This document shows, piece by piece, positions 50,352-63,233 of a stretch of DNA of 64,000 bases. Position 1 is the first letter of the stretch; each line of letters opens with the position of its first letter. The stretch is from Mobula hypostoma. Its lineage: Eukaryota. The notes under the pieces were generated by a model. That model saw nothing but the letters and a program-made list of their open reading frames with translations. It searched no databases and was not told where the DNA came from. The DNA is taken from the NCBI RefSeq assembly GCF_963921235.1, contig NC_086121.1, forward strand, positions 20,894,001 through 20,958,000. Direction: 5' to 3'. A program made the translations under genes and the position numbers.

Positions 50352-52399
50352 CTACTGACTTACATTTTTTAATGACGCGGTTATGTTTACCTCTTCCCTA
50401 AGTGAAATAAGAAAAGTTTCTATAATTGCATGTTGATAATATTTGAGGTGATTGATGTGGGACAGTTGATTGATTCTTGCAAGAATTTGCAAACTGTACT
50501 GTTATTTTTTTTAAATTGTATTGCCAAGTTGGTGTGAGGAAGTTTGCAATTGTTGAGTGAATCTCCACCCAACAAATGTGTGAAAGCGAAAAAAAAAGTG
50601 AAAAAAAATTGACATTTGAAGGTGTACAATAAGAATAGAGGACTTAAACTGTTTTGGATATTTAATATTTGACTGCTGAAAATCTGACTTTGACAGGGAT
50701 TTAGAGTCAATTTAAAATGTGCAATGGATGAGTGAATTAACAGAATTTTAAGCCTGAATACCTGAGAGTCTAATTATTTGCCCAAGTTGCATCATTGTTT
50801 TATAAGAAAGTGGGGGGGGGGTTCAAATGATCATTGTAACCTTCTCCTTGTTAGGTGTTTTACTCCCTCCATTGCCTAAAATTTAAATACAGCCACATCA
50901 AAAACATTGATACTGAACTGATAATGCATTAAAATTAATGCATTGAAATTTGTTAAATAGAGATAGTAATTTATGTTTGAGATATTGTTTTTGAAACCAT
51001 TAAATGTTACTGTGACACTGAACTTGGTTTTCTCCTCCTTTAATTGTAGTTGGTGTGTGGGATGGGAAATAACAAAATCCACAGTAATACGTCAGAGAAA
51101 TTGTTGGATTTGTTGTTGACACGTATGGACCATCACTTTTTCTTTTCACTGTGGGCTGCAGTGTATTTTTTGATCTTTATTCTAATTTCAGCATTTTAAA
51201 TTTATAACATTTATAAAGGTTATCAATGTCCTGGCATTTAATACAATGGCTGGGTTTTGCTACAGCGAGCTCTCATCTTTGTTATAAAAAATAATTGTGT
51301 ATCTTGCAAACCAGATAACATCTGTGAAATAGCAAGGCCCACAAGAACAATGAGACAAATAACTGTCTTGGATATGTTGATTGACAGAAGTGTGGGCCAG
51401 ATAACTGCAGAGATCTCCTGGCTCCAGTATAATGGATCATTTGTTTCCTCGAGTGAACAGATAATATTTTTGACAATACAGCACTCAGTACTGTCCTAAA
51501 TTCTCATATTGGGTTATGTGCTTGATACAGATTAGAATCCTCAAACTCGAGTTTTATTAATGAATCAAGGTCAACAGCTTGCAAATACAGTAAGTTACTG
51601 TGGGCAGAACATTCACGAAAGTGCATACTTACTGTTTGTGAAGATTGCCTTCAATCTTTTCTCAAGGTGCATTTTGGAAATTTTAATGTACAACTTACCC
51701 TAAGATCTTCAAATGGGTTTATGCCTAAATAGACAAATGCAAAACCACAGTCTTGGATGCTATGTAGATTTTGGCCTTTCTGCTCTTTTTTTGTTGCCTA
51801 GATGATTTTCCTATGGCAAAGGAAATTATAGTTCAAATCTGAAAATTGGTCAGTGATGTAAGAAGGATTTATAGCCAGTATCTCAGTATTTCAGAGGGAG
51901 GGAAAAAAATGAAAATTCATTTGTGCTTTCATTATTGCTGCTTTTCTTGTCTCATGAACAATCTAGGTTAGATCAATGCAAAACTGTCAACAATTAATTT
52001 CAAAACGATCTTAATTTTTCTCACAATAATTAATAGCGCATGCGAAATAGTGGAATTGGATGGAGGTGGAGGAATAACATGGTCCAGATAAAAAATATCG
52101 TGTTGGAGACCTAAACTTGTAGATTTGATATAATTGATATTTTACGTTAACTATTTTTGCAATTGTGTATGTCGTTGGTTTCCCCTTGTGTTCTTTTACG
52201 TATTTATTCGCATGTTATTCTTAGTTTTAACCATCTTTGGCTTGGATGTACGTTTGTATGTTCAATTGTAATAAACTAGGGGTCGATACAGCGCAGCTGA
52301 AAATGAGCCATGTCACCTGACTTCTTTAACGCCAGGAATTTCAAAGCTAAAACACCAAAGAGGAAAGTTTAAAGTTAATTAAGTTTAAAAATGTGGGAA

Positions 52400-52623
52400 A
52401 ACAAGTCGAAACCATGATTCGCCCCCCACCCCCCCCCCCTTTGTTCTGATGAAGTGAGACCTACGTATTTCGAGGGCTCAACAGCCGGGAAGAGCTGAAG
52501 GTCTCGTTGCTCAGGGGGGTTCGGCAGTCCGGAACCGCTTGCGCTGCGCACCAGCGGTGTAACGCGCCTGCGCATGGTTCTTCTCGGAAGGTTCAGGCCG
52601 TTGCACTGGTCTGCCCACGGAAG
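52400..52623 (+). promoter_or_regulatory. UBR4 CpG-rich promoter / 5' UTR
   Basis: CpG-rich; NRF1-like GCGCCTGCGCA (~52564), ETS-like CGGAAG, YY1-like AAGATGGCG overlapping the ATG. Confidence 0.7.
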
Positions 52624-52757
52624 ATGGCGCAGAACTCGGCTTCGGCCCAGCAGCCTGATCCCGACTGGAGTGCCGCCGTCCGCCCGCTTCTCGCTGCTTC
52701 CTATTCCACCTTTGAGCCGCGAGATATTTCTCAGCTCTTCAGCTCGGTCATAAACAG
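52624..52757 (+). CDS. UBR4: UBR4 (E3 ubiquitin ligase p600) first coding exon; exon 2 not found in the window
   Basis: MAQNSASAQQPDPDWSAAVRPLLAASYSTFEPRDISQLFSSVIN then GTAACG; matches UBR4 N-terminal W..AVRPLL.ASYS.FE motif; syntenic with EMC1. Confidence 0.92.
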
Positions 52758-54290
52758 GTAACGTGAGAAATCGTGTTTCACAGACGGCCAGGGAGGAGGA
52801 AGCTGACTGGGTCAGTCCCAGCATCAACCCTGGGCCGTCGGGCTTCCCGTTGCTTCTGTGGCCGTACGAGACCACTAGCTGCACATACGGTCTTTGATTC
52901 TAACGGGGTATCTGAGCGAATGTCAGGATACAGCTGCAAATCCCTCGGCCTGAAACAACAGCCGGGAACTTTCTAGAATACGATGGAAAGGAGGGGAGGT
53001 GCCGCGGTGTTTTATAAACCGCACCCCTTGTTCTTTAGCATTGATAGAATTTATGCCCTTCCGGCTCAACAATACTCCGCACCCTTATTCTGTTTTCATT
53101 TCATAACGTATATAAACAATGCGATTATCCCCCAACGTTTCACTAATTACATTTGGATTGCGATCAGTGGCAGAAACGCGGGGATGCCCAGAGAAGTGGT
53201 TTTAATGAAGGTCAAAGGAGGCGGTAGGGTTTAGGGAAGGGATTTCAGGAGCCAAACTGCCTGCCTCGGCGGCCGCCAGTGGCCGGGACTTAGAAACAAA
53301 GAACGTTCAGGAAGCTGGGGTAGAATGATAAAGTTCAGTCAGTTGGATAAGATTGATTTGAAATAAGCTATTTAGCGCCTATATTGCTTGCTCATCAGAC
53401 ATGAACAGTGCTATATAATTTTTAGTGATTGGCTGCACCTGAGTTGCATTACTCCTGTGATTTTCTTACTGGCAAGATCCAAATTAATGAAGTTCGTGTA
53501 TCTAGGTGCCTGGTAATCTGGAGAGTTTGCACAAGTTCCCTCCCAATATTTCCAGAGGCTTGCCACAAATAAATGGAGCAAGCCAGAGGAATCTGCATCA
53601 CTGAGTATTTTTCTCCACTGGTTAAAACTCTGAGACAGTCAGTATCGGTGGAAAGAAAAATCATTTTATTATCTCTCAAAGCAGGAAAAGTTTAAAAATA
53701 AAATATTACTATGAAGTCATTGGGGGGGGGAGAGAAGAGTTAGAAAAAATTGCAAAATGATGGGGACCAGGATAAATTCTCCTTTCTTTCTGTCTCATAT
53801 TTTCTCCAGGGGTGGTCATTAGGTAAATACAAAATGTCTGAAAGGGTGTTTGGGGGGGGAAAGCAGAGAAGTGGTTTCTGCCAAGTTGCTCTCACATCAG
53901 AAGGTATAGAACCAATAGTGAAATAGTCTTCTCTGGCTGTAATCGTTAGAACTTTATAAAAAGCCTTAACCTACATCTCCCGAGAATACCAAGATGGTCA
54001 TCCTTCCTGCCATTGTTTCTCTTTCTCCACATCTTTCTGTTTTAATTTGCAGTCACTTCACAGTCGTCCAGTCTTGTGTGTTCCAGGACTAAAGAGTAAT
54101 GCCATCAGATAATTATTGCTTTTTTGCTGAATATTCTTTACCATTCTTATGAATCCTTTCATATTTTTTCTGTATGCTTGTATTTTGTTCCTCTATCTGT
54201 CTTGTACAGAGTCTTCCTGTTCATTTGGAGCAGTGGTATCACAAAATATTCACTCACGTTTATATTTATATAAAAGCCTAGATTTTCTGC

Positions 54291-55215
54291 TCATAGTCAT
54301 AGTCATACTTTATTAATCCTGGGGGAAGTTGGTTTTTGTTACAGTTGCTCCATAAATAATAAATAGTAATAGAACCATAAATAGTTAAATAGTAATATGT
54401 AAATTATGCCAGTAAATTATGAAATAAGTCCAGGACCAGCCTATTGGCTCAGGATGTCTGACCCTCCAAGGGAAGAGTTGTAAAGTTTGATGGCCACAGG
54501 CAGGAATGACTTCCTATGACGCTCTGTGTTGCATCTCAGTGGGATGAGTCTCTGGCTAAATGTACTTCTGTGCCCACCCAGTACATTATGTAGTGGATGG
54601 GAGACAGTGACCAAGATGGCATGCAACTTAGACAGCATCCTCTTTTCAGACACCACCATGAGAGAATCCAGTTCCATCCCCCACAACATCACTGGTCTTA
54701 CGAATGAGTTTGTTGATTCTGTTGGTGTCTGCCACCCTCAGCCTGCTGCCCCAGCACACAACAGCAAACATGATAGCACTGGCCACCACAGTCTCGTAGA
54801 ACATCCTCAGCATCGTCCGGCAGATGTTAAAGGACCTCAGTCTCCTCAGGAAATAGAGACGGCTCTGACCCTTCTTGTAGACAGCTTCAGTGTTCTTTGA
54901 CCAGTCCAGTTTATTGTCAATTCGTATCGCCGGGTATTTGTAATCCTCTACCATGTCCACACTGACCCCCTGGATGGAAACAGGGGTCACCGGTACCTTA
55001 GCTCTCCTCAGGTCTACCACCAGCTCCTTAGTCTTTTTCACATTAAGCTGCAGATAATTCTGCTCACACCATGTGACAAAGTTTCCTACCATAGCCCTGT
55101 ACTCAGCCTCATCTCCCTTGCTGATGCATCCAACTATGGCAGAGTCATCCGAAAACTTCTGAAGATGACAAGACTCTGTGCAGTAGTTGAAGTCCGAGGT
55201 GTAAATGGTGAAGGA
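54291..55215 (-). mobile_element. Rex1/Babar LINE 3' fragment, fairly young
   Basis: LQKFSDDSAIVG, LNVKKTKELVVD, RLYFLRRLRSF; (TATGAC)n tail. Confidence 0.92.
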
Positions 55216-56335
55216 GCTGTAGGCTTTGGAGTTTGCTCCAAACAACATATAATATTACTAATGCTACCAAAGGACTGTAGATCTCCCTATAATGAGATCC
55301 TAGTATCCCAGATATTGGTAGGCTGTGTTGTTAATTAGAGATCTTTTGTGAGTGCAGTTATCCATAACAATAGATCCCAGTCTCCTGATCAACAGTGATC
55401 TCTGTTGATGGGGAGGGGGTGTGAGTTAGTGACAGTAATGCTACTGAATATCAAGGTACACTGATGACACTTTCTTGCTGAATGTGATGTGTGTTGCAAT
55501 TGAGAATTTCCACTTGGGTTCAAAGTTCATAGTAAATTTTATTTTCAGGGTACATGTATAATAACATACAACCCTGAAATTCTTTTTCCTGTGGGCATAC
55601 TTGGCAAATCTATAGAATAGTAACTATAACAAGATTCAGTGAAAGATCAAGTAGAGTTCAGATGATGACAAACTATGTAAATGCAAATATAAATAAATAG
55701 CAATAAATAATGGGAACATGAAATAACAAGATAAAGAATCCTCGAAGTGAGGTCATTGGTTGTGGGCACATCTCAATAGATGGACAGGTTAATGTAGTTA
55801 CTGCATTTGGAGATCAGTTCATCTTCTACTCACTTAACTATTCTCAGTAACAGTGTCCACTGATAACCAAGTTCAGTACAGCAAATTGAGATCTGCCTCT
55901 GATACAGCAGCCTTGCCCCGAGATAATTGTTGTGCGGAGATTCTGATGGTAAATGTGTTAATACTTCTGCTGCAACATTGCAGAATGGAGGCTGTGCCAG
56001 TGTTTTGTGATGGATTTTAAAAAATCTGTGGAATTACTGTGAATATGGGCAGGAATATTCTGCCTGATGTCTGAGAACATTTATTTCTAGGCAAAATCAT
56101 TACATGCAAAGTATTTCAATTCTTTCAATATAGCTGTTCAAGTTGGTTGTCATGCTTTCTGCAGTATAATCATGGCTCCAGTTCAACCAAACATAAAAGA
56201 TTTATCCTGAAATTCTGAATGTGTTAGTGAAGATTATTTCCTCTCCAATAACTTCATAAGACCTGACATCAAGATTCTGGAGGCTGGATGGCTTGTGGAG
56301 GATCATTAACGGCAGTTTTCAGTCTCAGTTCCTCG

Positions 56336-57094
56336 TGCTGCATTTATCCAAATAAAGGGCTTTCAACTTCAAAATCTCAATATGGACTTTCAAGGTACAC
56401 CAAAAGTGTGTTATTTTGATCAATATTTTAATATTGATTACTAAAGGGTGATATATGTGGTCTGTGGATGCAAAGCAATTCAAAAATATTCCCCACCCTT
56501 TTGTGTAATGCTTGATATAGGCAGACTCTGGACTATGGAGAATCATGACTCTGTCTTCATCAGGCAGCTGGTTGTGGAGATGTTAACTGACTACATTAAA
56601 GAGAATTTTAATTGTGATCTTCAATTCTGAACAAGATAATCACCTGTTTAATTTAAAAATGGATCTATACAAATGTGTTACCTGCAAAATTCAAGTGAGA
56701 AAGTCAATATTGTCTCAATTGCTAACTAGAACACAGATGTGGCAGCAGTTACACTTATCATCCTTTAGGTTAAATTTTGATTGAAATTTACAGTGAGGCC
56801 CTAGATTTTTTTTCTTAACGCATTTGAATTAGGAATAAAGGAAGATAAATGGGATTGTGATGTATGACTAGATTGATCACTGGAACAGGGTTATTTTGAT
56901 TGTTATGTGTGGCCAGTATCTAATTTCTTAGTAAGAATCACAGCATAATGTACTTGGGAATTGTATATTTTTCCACATATATCATCCTTTAGTAATCAAT
57001 ATTAAAATATTGATCAAAATAACACTTTTTGTTATCTTGTAAGCACATATTGAGATTTTGAAGTTGAAAGCACTTTATTTGAATATATGCAGCA
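56336..57094. repeat. ~125-bp imperfect inverted repeat pair (56336-56460 / 56973-57094)
   Basis: Arms are reverse complements by direct comparison. Confidence 0.85.
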
Positions 57095-57575
57095 TTTATA
57101 ACACCATAGATAAATTAATGGTGGAAGCTAATGTGATCTAATATATATTACAGAAATGTTGCAAAGGGATGAAGGTTAGGAATTGAATATTTCATGACTA
57201 ACCTTTAGAAAGTCAGGCAAAATAGAACAGAAAATGGGATGGTACTCTTATTAAAGATTGGGATAAAATAGTAAAGGAAGTCTTTAGCTCAGAAATTCAG
57301 AGAGTAGTCAGTTTAAGTGAAGCTAAGAAATAACTGTCTGAAAATGTTGGGAGTTATAGAAAGGCCTCCAAAGGTAATTGGAATGCAGGAAAGTATAAAT
57401 CAGGAAATTAGAGATGCGTATAGCAGTGAAATAATTGGAGGCTTTAATTGACATATAACTAATGTTAACTAATAGCTCAGAAAATGTGTAGCTTGGGTTG
57501 TTGATGGTGGGTTGAGTTGTTCTCTGATCTTGGCAATCCATTTGTGGACGTTTTGTCACCATACAAGGAGACATC

Positions 57576-60500
57576 AGCCTTTACCTAATAGAGTGGGCAG
57601 TGACTGTTCATGGTTTTCTGCTGCTGTAGCCCATACACTCCAAGGTTCAATGTGTTGTGCATTCAGAGATGTTCTTTTGAACACAACTGTTGTAACATTG
57701 TCGCAAGCACATGGATGTCAGCCAGAGAGAACACAGAGGAGAGTTTAAAAGGAGACGGTTATTTCTTCAGCGGTTTGATAGGGGCATGACTGTGCAAGCG
57801 CGTGGACGTCAGCCCATGAGAACAGCGAGAAGAGTTTAAAAGGGGACATCTTATAGAGCGGGCGACAGAGTAGAGGGAGATAGAGTAGGGAGGCTTTGGC
57901 TCAGTGTGTTGAGGCAAGGTAGGTTGCCTGTGTAGAATACAGACAGGAAGAATGTGTGTGAGGCAGGTGTTCTGTGCTCAGTGTCAGATGTGGGAAGTCT
58001 GGAAGACTCCCAGCCTCCTGGACAGCCACATCTGCGCTAGGTGTGTCGAGCTGCAGCTCCTTGGGGACCGCATAAGGGAACTGGAGATGCAGCTCAATGA
58101 CCTTCCTCTGGTCAGGGAAAGTGAGAAGATGATAGAGAGGAGCTATAGGCATGTAGTCACATTGGGGCTTCGGGAGTCAGATAAGTAGGTAACAGTCAGG
58201 AGAGGGAAGGGCAGGAGTCATACGCTGGAGAGTACCCTTGTGGCTGTACCCCTCGACAATAAGTACTCCCGTGAGAGTACTGTTGGGGTGGGTGGCCTAC
58301 CTGGGGGAAGCAGCAGTGGCCACGCCTCTGGCACAGTGTCTGGCCCCGTGGCTCAGAAGGGCAGGAAAAGGAAGAGGATGGCAGCAGTGATAGGGGACTC
58401 TATAGTTAGGGGGTCAGACAGGCGATTCTGTGGAGGCAGGAAAGAAACACGGAGGGTAGTTTGCCTCCCAGGTGCCAGGGTCTGAGATATTTCTAACCAT
58501 GTCCTCAATATCCTGAAGTGGGAAGGAGAACAGCCAGAGGTCGTGGTACATATTGGTACCAACGACATAGGCAGCAAAAGGGAGGAGGTCCTGACAGCGG
58601 ACTACAGGGAGTTAGGAAGGAAGTTGAGAAGCAGGACCACGAAGGTAGTAATCTCAGGATTACTGCCTGTGCCATGTAACAGTGAGTATCGGAATAGAGT
58701 GAGGTGGAGGATAAATGTGTGGCTGAGGGATTGAAGCAGGGGACAGAGATTCAGATTTTGGGATCACTGGGACCTCTTTTGGGGCAGGAGTGACCTGTAC
58801 AAAAAGGATGGATTGCACTTGAATCCCAGGGGGACCACAATCCTGGCAGGGAGGTTTGCTAAGGCTATTGGGAGAGTTTAAACTTGGATTGCTGGGGAGT
58901 GGGAACCAAATTGAAGAGATGAAGAAAGATGTAGAGAAAGCTTGGAGACAAGTGTGAGAGGGTGGATAGACAGGTGATAGAAAAGGGATGCGCTCAGACC
59001 AATGGTTTGAGGTGTGCCTTTTAATGCAAGAAGCATCATGGACAAAGTGGATGAGCCTAGAGTGGGGATCAGTAGTTGGAGCTATGATGTTGTGGTCATT
59101 ACAGAGACTTGGATGACTCGGGCAGGAATGGTTACTTGAGTGCCAGGCTTTAGATATTTTAGAAAGGACAGGGAGGGAGGCAAAAGAAGTGGGGGTGTGA
59201 CACTGTTGATCAGAGACAGTTTCACAGCTGCAGAAAAGAAGGAAGACATGGAGGGATTGTCTACGGAGTCTCTGTGGGTAGAAGTTAGGAACAGGAAGGG
59301 GTCAATAACTCTACTGACTTTTTTATAGACCACCCAATAGTAACAGGGACTTTGGGGAGCAGATAGGGAAACAGGTTCTGGAAAGGTGTAATAGTAACAG
59401 GGTTGTCATGGTGGGAGATTTTAATTTCCCAAATATTGATTGGCATCTTCCTAGAGCGAGAGGTTTAGATGGGGTGGAGTTTGTTAGGTGTGTTCAGGAA
59501 GGTTTCTTGACACAATATGTAGATAAGCCTACAAGGGGAGAGGCTGTACTTGATCTGGTATTGGGAAATTAACCTGGTCAGGTGTCAGATTTCTCAGTGG
59601 GAGAGCATTTTGGAGATAGTGAGCGCAATGCTATCTCCTTTACCATCGCATTGGAGAGGGATAGGAACAGACAAGTTAGGGAAGCGTTTAATTGGAGTAA
59701 AGGGAAATCGGAGGCTATCAGGCAGGAACTTGGAAGTATAAATTGGGAACAGGTGTTCTCAGGGAAATGTACGAAAGAAATGTGGCAAATGTTCAGGGGA
59801 TATTTGCGTGGAGTTCTGCATAGGTATGTTCCAGTGAGACAGGAAAAGGATGGTAGGGTACAGGAACCGTGGTGTACAAAGGCTGTTGTAAATCTAGTCA
59901 AGAAGAAAACGGCTTATGAAAGGTTAAAAAAAACTAGGTAATGATAGAGATCTAGAAAATTATACGGCTAGCAGGAAGGAGCTTAAGAAAGAAATTAGGA
60001 GAGCCAGAAGAGGCCATGAGAAGGCCTTGGCGGACAGGATTAAGGAAAACCCCAAGGCATTCTACAAATATGTGAAGAGCAAGAGGATAAGATGTGAGCG
60101 AATAGAACCAATCAAGTGTGACAGTGGAAAAGTATGTATGGAACCGGAGGAGATAGCAGAGGTACTTAATGAATACTTTGCTTCAGTATTCACGACGGAA
60201 AAGGATCTTGGCGATTGTAGGGATGACTTGCAGTGGACTGAAAAGCTTGAGCATGTAGATATTAAGGAAGAGGATGTGCTGGAGCTTTTGGAAAGCATCA
60301 GGTTGGATAAGTCACTGGGACAGGACGAGATGTACCCCAGGCTACTGTGGGAGGCAAAGGAGGAGATTGGTGATCCTCTGGCGATGATCTTTGTATCATC
60401 AGTGAGGACGGGAGAGGTTCCGGAGGATTGGAGGGTAGTGGATGCTGTTCCATTATTGAAGAAAGGGAGTAGGGTTAGCCCAGGAAATTATAGACCACTG

Positions 60501-62270
60501 GGTCTTACTTTAGTGGTTGGTAAGTTGATGGAGTCCTGAGAGGCAGGATTTCTGAACATTTGGAAAGTCTTAATATGATTAGGAATAGTCAGCATGGCTT
60601 TGTGAAAGGCAGGTCGTGCCTTTCGAGCCTTTCGAGCCTGATTGAATTTTTTGAGCATGTGACTGAACACATTGATGAAGGTAGAAGAGAAGATATAGTG
60701 TATATGGATTTCATCAAGGCATTTGAGAGGGTATCCCATGCAAGACTTACTGAAAAAGTAAGAAAGCATGGGATCCAAGGGGACATTGCTTTGCGGATCC
60801 AGAACTGCCTTGCCCACAGAAAGCAAAGAGTGTTTGTAGATGGGTCATATTCTGCATGGAGGTCGGTGACCAGTGGTGTGCCTCAGAGATCTGTTCTGGC
60901 ACCCCTACTCTTTGTGATTTTTATAAATGATCTGGAAGAGGAAATGGAGGGATGGGTTAGTAAATTTGCTGATGACACAAAAGTTGGGGTGTTGTGGATA
61001 GTGTGGAGGGCTGTCAGAGGTTACAGCGGGACATTGATGGGATGCAAAACTGGGCTGAGAAGTGGCAGATGGAGTTCAACCCAAATAAGTGTGAGGTGGT
61101 TCATTTTGGTAGGTCAAATGTGATGGCAGAATATAGTATTAATGGTAAGACTTGGCAGTGTGGAGGATCAGAGGGATCTTGGGGTCCGAGTTCATAGGAC
61201 ACTCAAAGCTGCTGCGCAGGTTGACTCTGGTTAAGAAAGTATACAGTGCTTTGGCCTTCATCAATCGTGGGATTGAGTTTAGGAGCCGAGAGGTAATGTT
61301 GTGGCTATATATGACCCTGGTCAGGCTCCACTTGGAGTACTGTGCTCAGTTCTGATTGCCTCACTACAGGAAGGATGTGGAAACCATGGAAAGGGTGCAG
61401 AGGAAATTTACAAGGATGTTGCCTAGTTTGGGGAGCATGTCTTATGAGAATAGGTTGAGTGAACCTGGTCTTTTTTCCTTGGAACGATGGAGGATGAGAG
61501 GTGACCTGATAGAGGTATATAAGATGATGAGAGGCATCGATTGTGTGGATTGTCAGAGGCTTTTTCCCAGGGCTGAAGTGGCTAGCACGAGAGGGCACAG
61601 TTTTAAGGTGCTTGGAGGTAGGTACAGAGGAGATGTCAGGGGTAAGTTTTTTACACAGAGGGTGGTATGTGCATGGAATGGGCTGCCGGCGACGGTGGTG
61701 GAGGCAGATACGATAGGGTCTTTTAAGAGACTCCTGGACAGGTACATGGAGCTCAGAAAAATAGAGGGCTATGGGTAACCCTAGGTAATTTCTAAGGTAA
61801 GGACATGTTCGGCACAGCTTTGTGGGCTGAAGGGCCTGTATTGTGCTGTAGGTGTTCTGTTTTTATGTTTCTGTTTGGTTACTTGAGTTACTGTCACCTT
61901 CCTGTCTGCTTGAACCAGTCTGGCTATTCTTCTGTAACCTCTCAGCAACAAGGTAATCTTGTCCACAGAACTGCTGCTCATCGGATGTTTTGCTGTTTAT
62001 TGCAGCATTCTCTGTAAACTGTAGAGACTGTTGTGCATGAAATCCAGGAGATCAACAGTTTCTGAGATACTCAAACTATTTGTCTGGCACCAACAATTAT
62101 TCCATGGTCAAAGTCACTTAGAGTACATTTCTTCCTTATTCTGCTGTTTGCACGGAACAACATTTGAATCACTTGACAATGTCTGCATGATTTTATGCAT
62201 AGAGTTGATGCCACATGATTGGTTGATTATATGTTTGCATTAAAGAGCAGTTGTGTCTAAAAGTGGCCAT
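57576..62270. mobile_element. Tc1 remnant split by a CR1 insertion (halves ~57576-57698 and ~61873-62270)
   Basis: Halves join to match 38842-39366; minus-strand RGYRRIARLVQADRKVTVTQVT is Tc1 transposase-like. Confidence 0.75.
57700..61872 (+). mobile_element. Near full-length decayed CR1 LINE: ORF1 (zinc finger, coiled coil, SGNH esterase) + ORF2 (APE-RT)
   Basis: CAQC..CARC; VIGDSIVRG / VHIGTND / DGLHLN; ITETW, GDFN, NYRP, QHGF, GVPQ, KFADDTK; CR1 3' tail; many stops and frameshifts. Confidence 0.95.
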
Positions 62271-62569
62271 GGTGTGAATTTCAGCATTTCAGATGATACA
62301 TAATGACATCCTGGCTGCAGATAGCACAGCCCCTGCAACTTAAGATTTAAATTTATTAGTCCATAATGAGTCATTTCTATTATTTGCTTAGGTAAGTTAA
62401 TCAGCTCATTTAACCAATTTCTGACTACTTTTAATTGCTTCTGAGGCAGCAATTCTTTATGTGAACTTTCTGTTTGGCTCTTAGCAGTCTCCATGGATTT
62501 GTTGGTTAGAATCTATCTGAAGGGGAACTCTTTTCTGTCTGTGCGCTGGCAGTTATAACTGCAGCACAA

Positions 62570-63230
62570 TTTCATGTCAGAGGCTCAGGCACCTCACTCG
62601 TGGCTAAGGATGTGTTAAATATCTTTGTTAGGGCCTGTGCAATTTCTGCACTAGCCTCCCACAGGGTCCAAGGGAACACCTTGTTAGGTCCTGGGAATTT
62701 ATCCACTCTAATTTGCCTCAAGATGGCAAGCACCCTCTCCTCTGTAATCTGTAATGACCTCACTGCTGCATCCATGGATTTTGTGTCCATCTCCAAGAGT
62801 AAATACTTACGATCTCCACCTGCTCTTTTGGCTCCACACACGGATTATCTCTCTGATCTTCTAGGGGCCGAATTTTGTCCTTGGTATCCTTATGCTCTTA
62901 TATCTTTCGAAGTTCTTCGGATTCTTCTTTACCTTGTCTGCTAGAGCAACCTTGTGTCTTCTTAGACGCCTGATTTCCTCCTTAAGTGTTCTCTTGCAAT
63001 TCTTATACTCAAGTACCTCATTTGTTCCTTCCTCCTTATATCTGCTATGCACATCCTTTTTTTTTCTTAACCAGACCCTCAATATCTCATGAAAACCAAG
63101 GTTCCATAAACCTGTTATCTTGGCCTTTTATTCTGACAGGAATTTCCAAACACTGCTCTCTTAAAATTTGACTTCTAATGGCCTTTCACTTACCAAGTAC
63201 ACCTTTGTCAGAAATCAGCCTCCACACTTG
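62570..63230 (-). mobile_element. CR1 ORF2 internal fragment
   Basis: LADKVKKNPKNF, DKFPGPNKVFPWTLWE. Confidence 0.8.
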
Positions 63231-63233
63231 CCC

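Noticed and set aside
52375-52884. 169-aa antisense ORF over UBR4 exon 1
   Set aside because: GC-rich antisense shadow with no motif support
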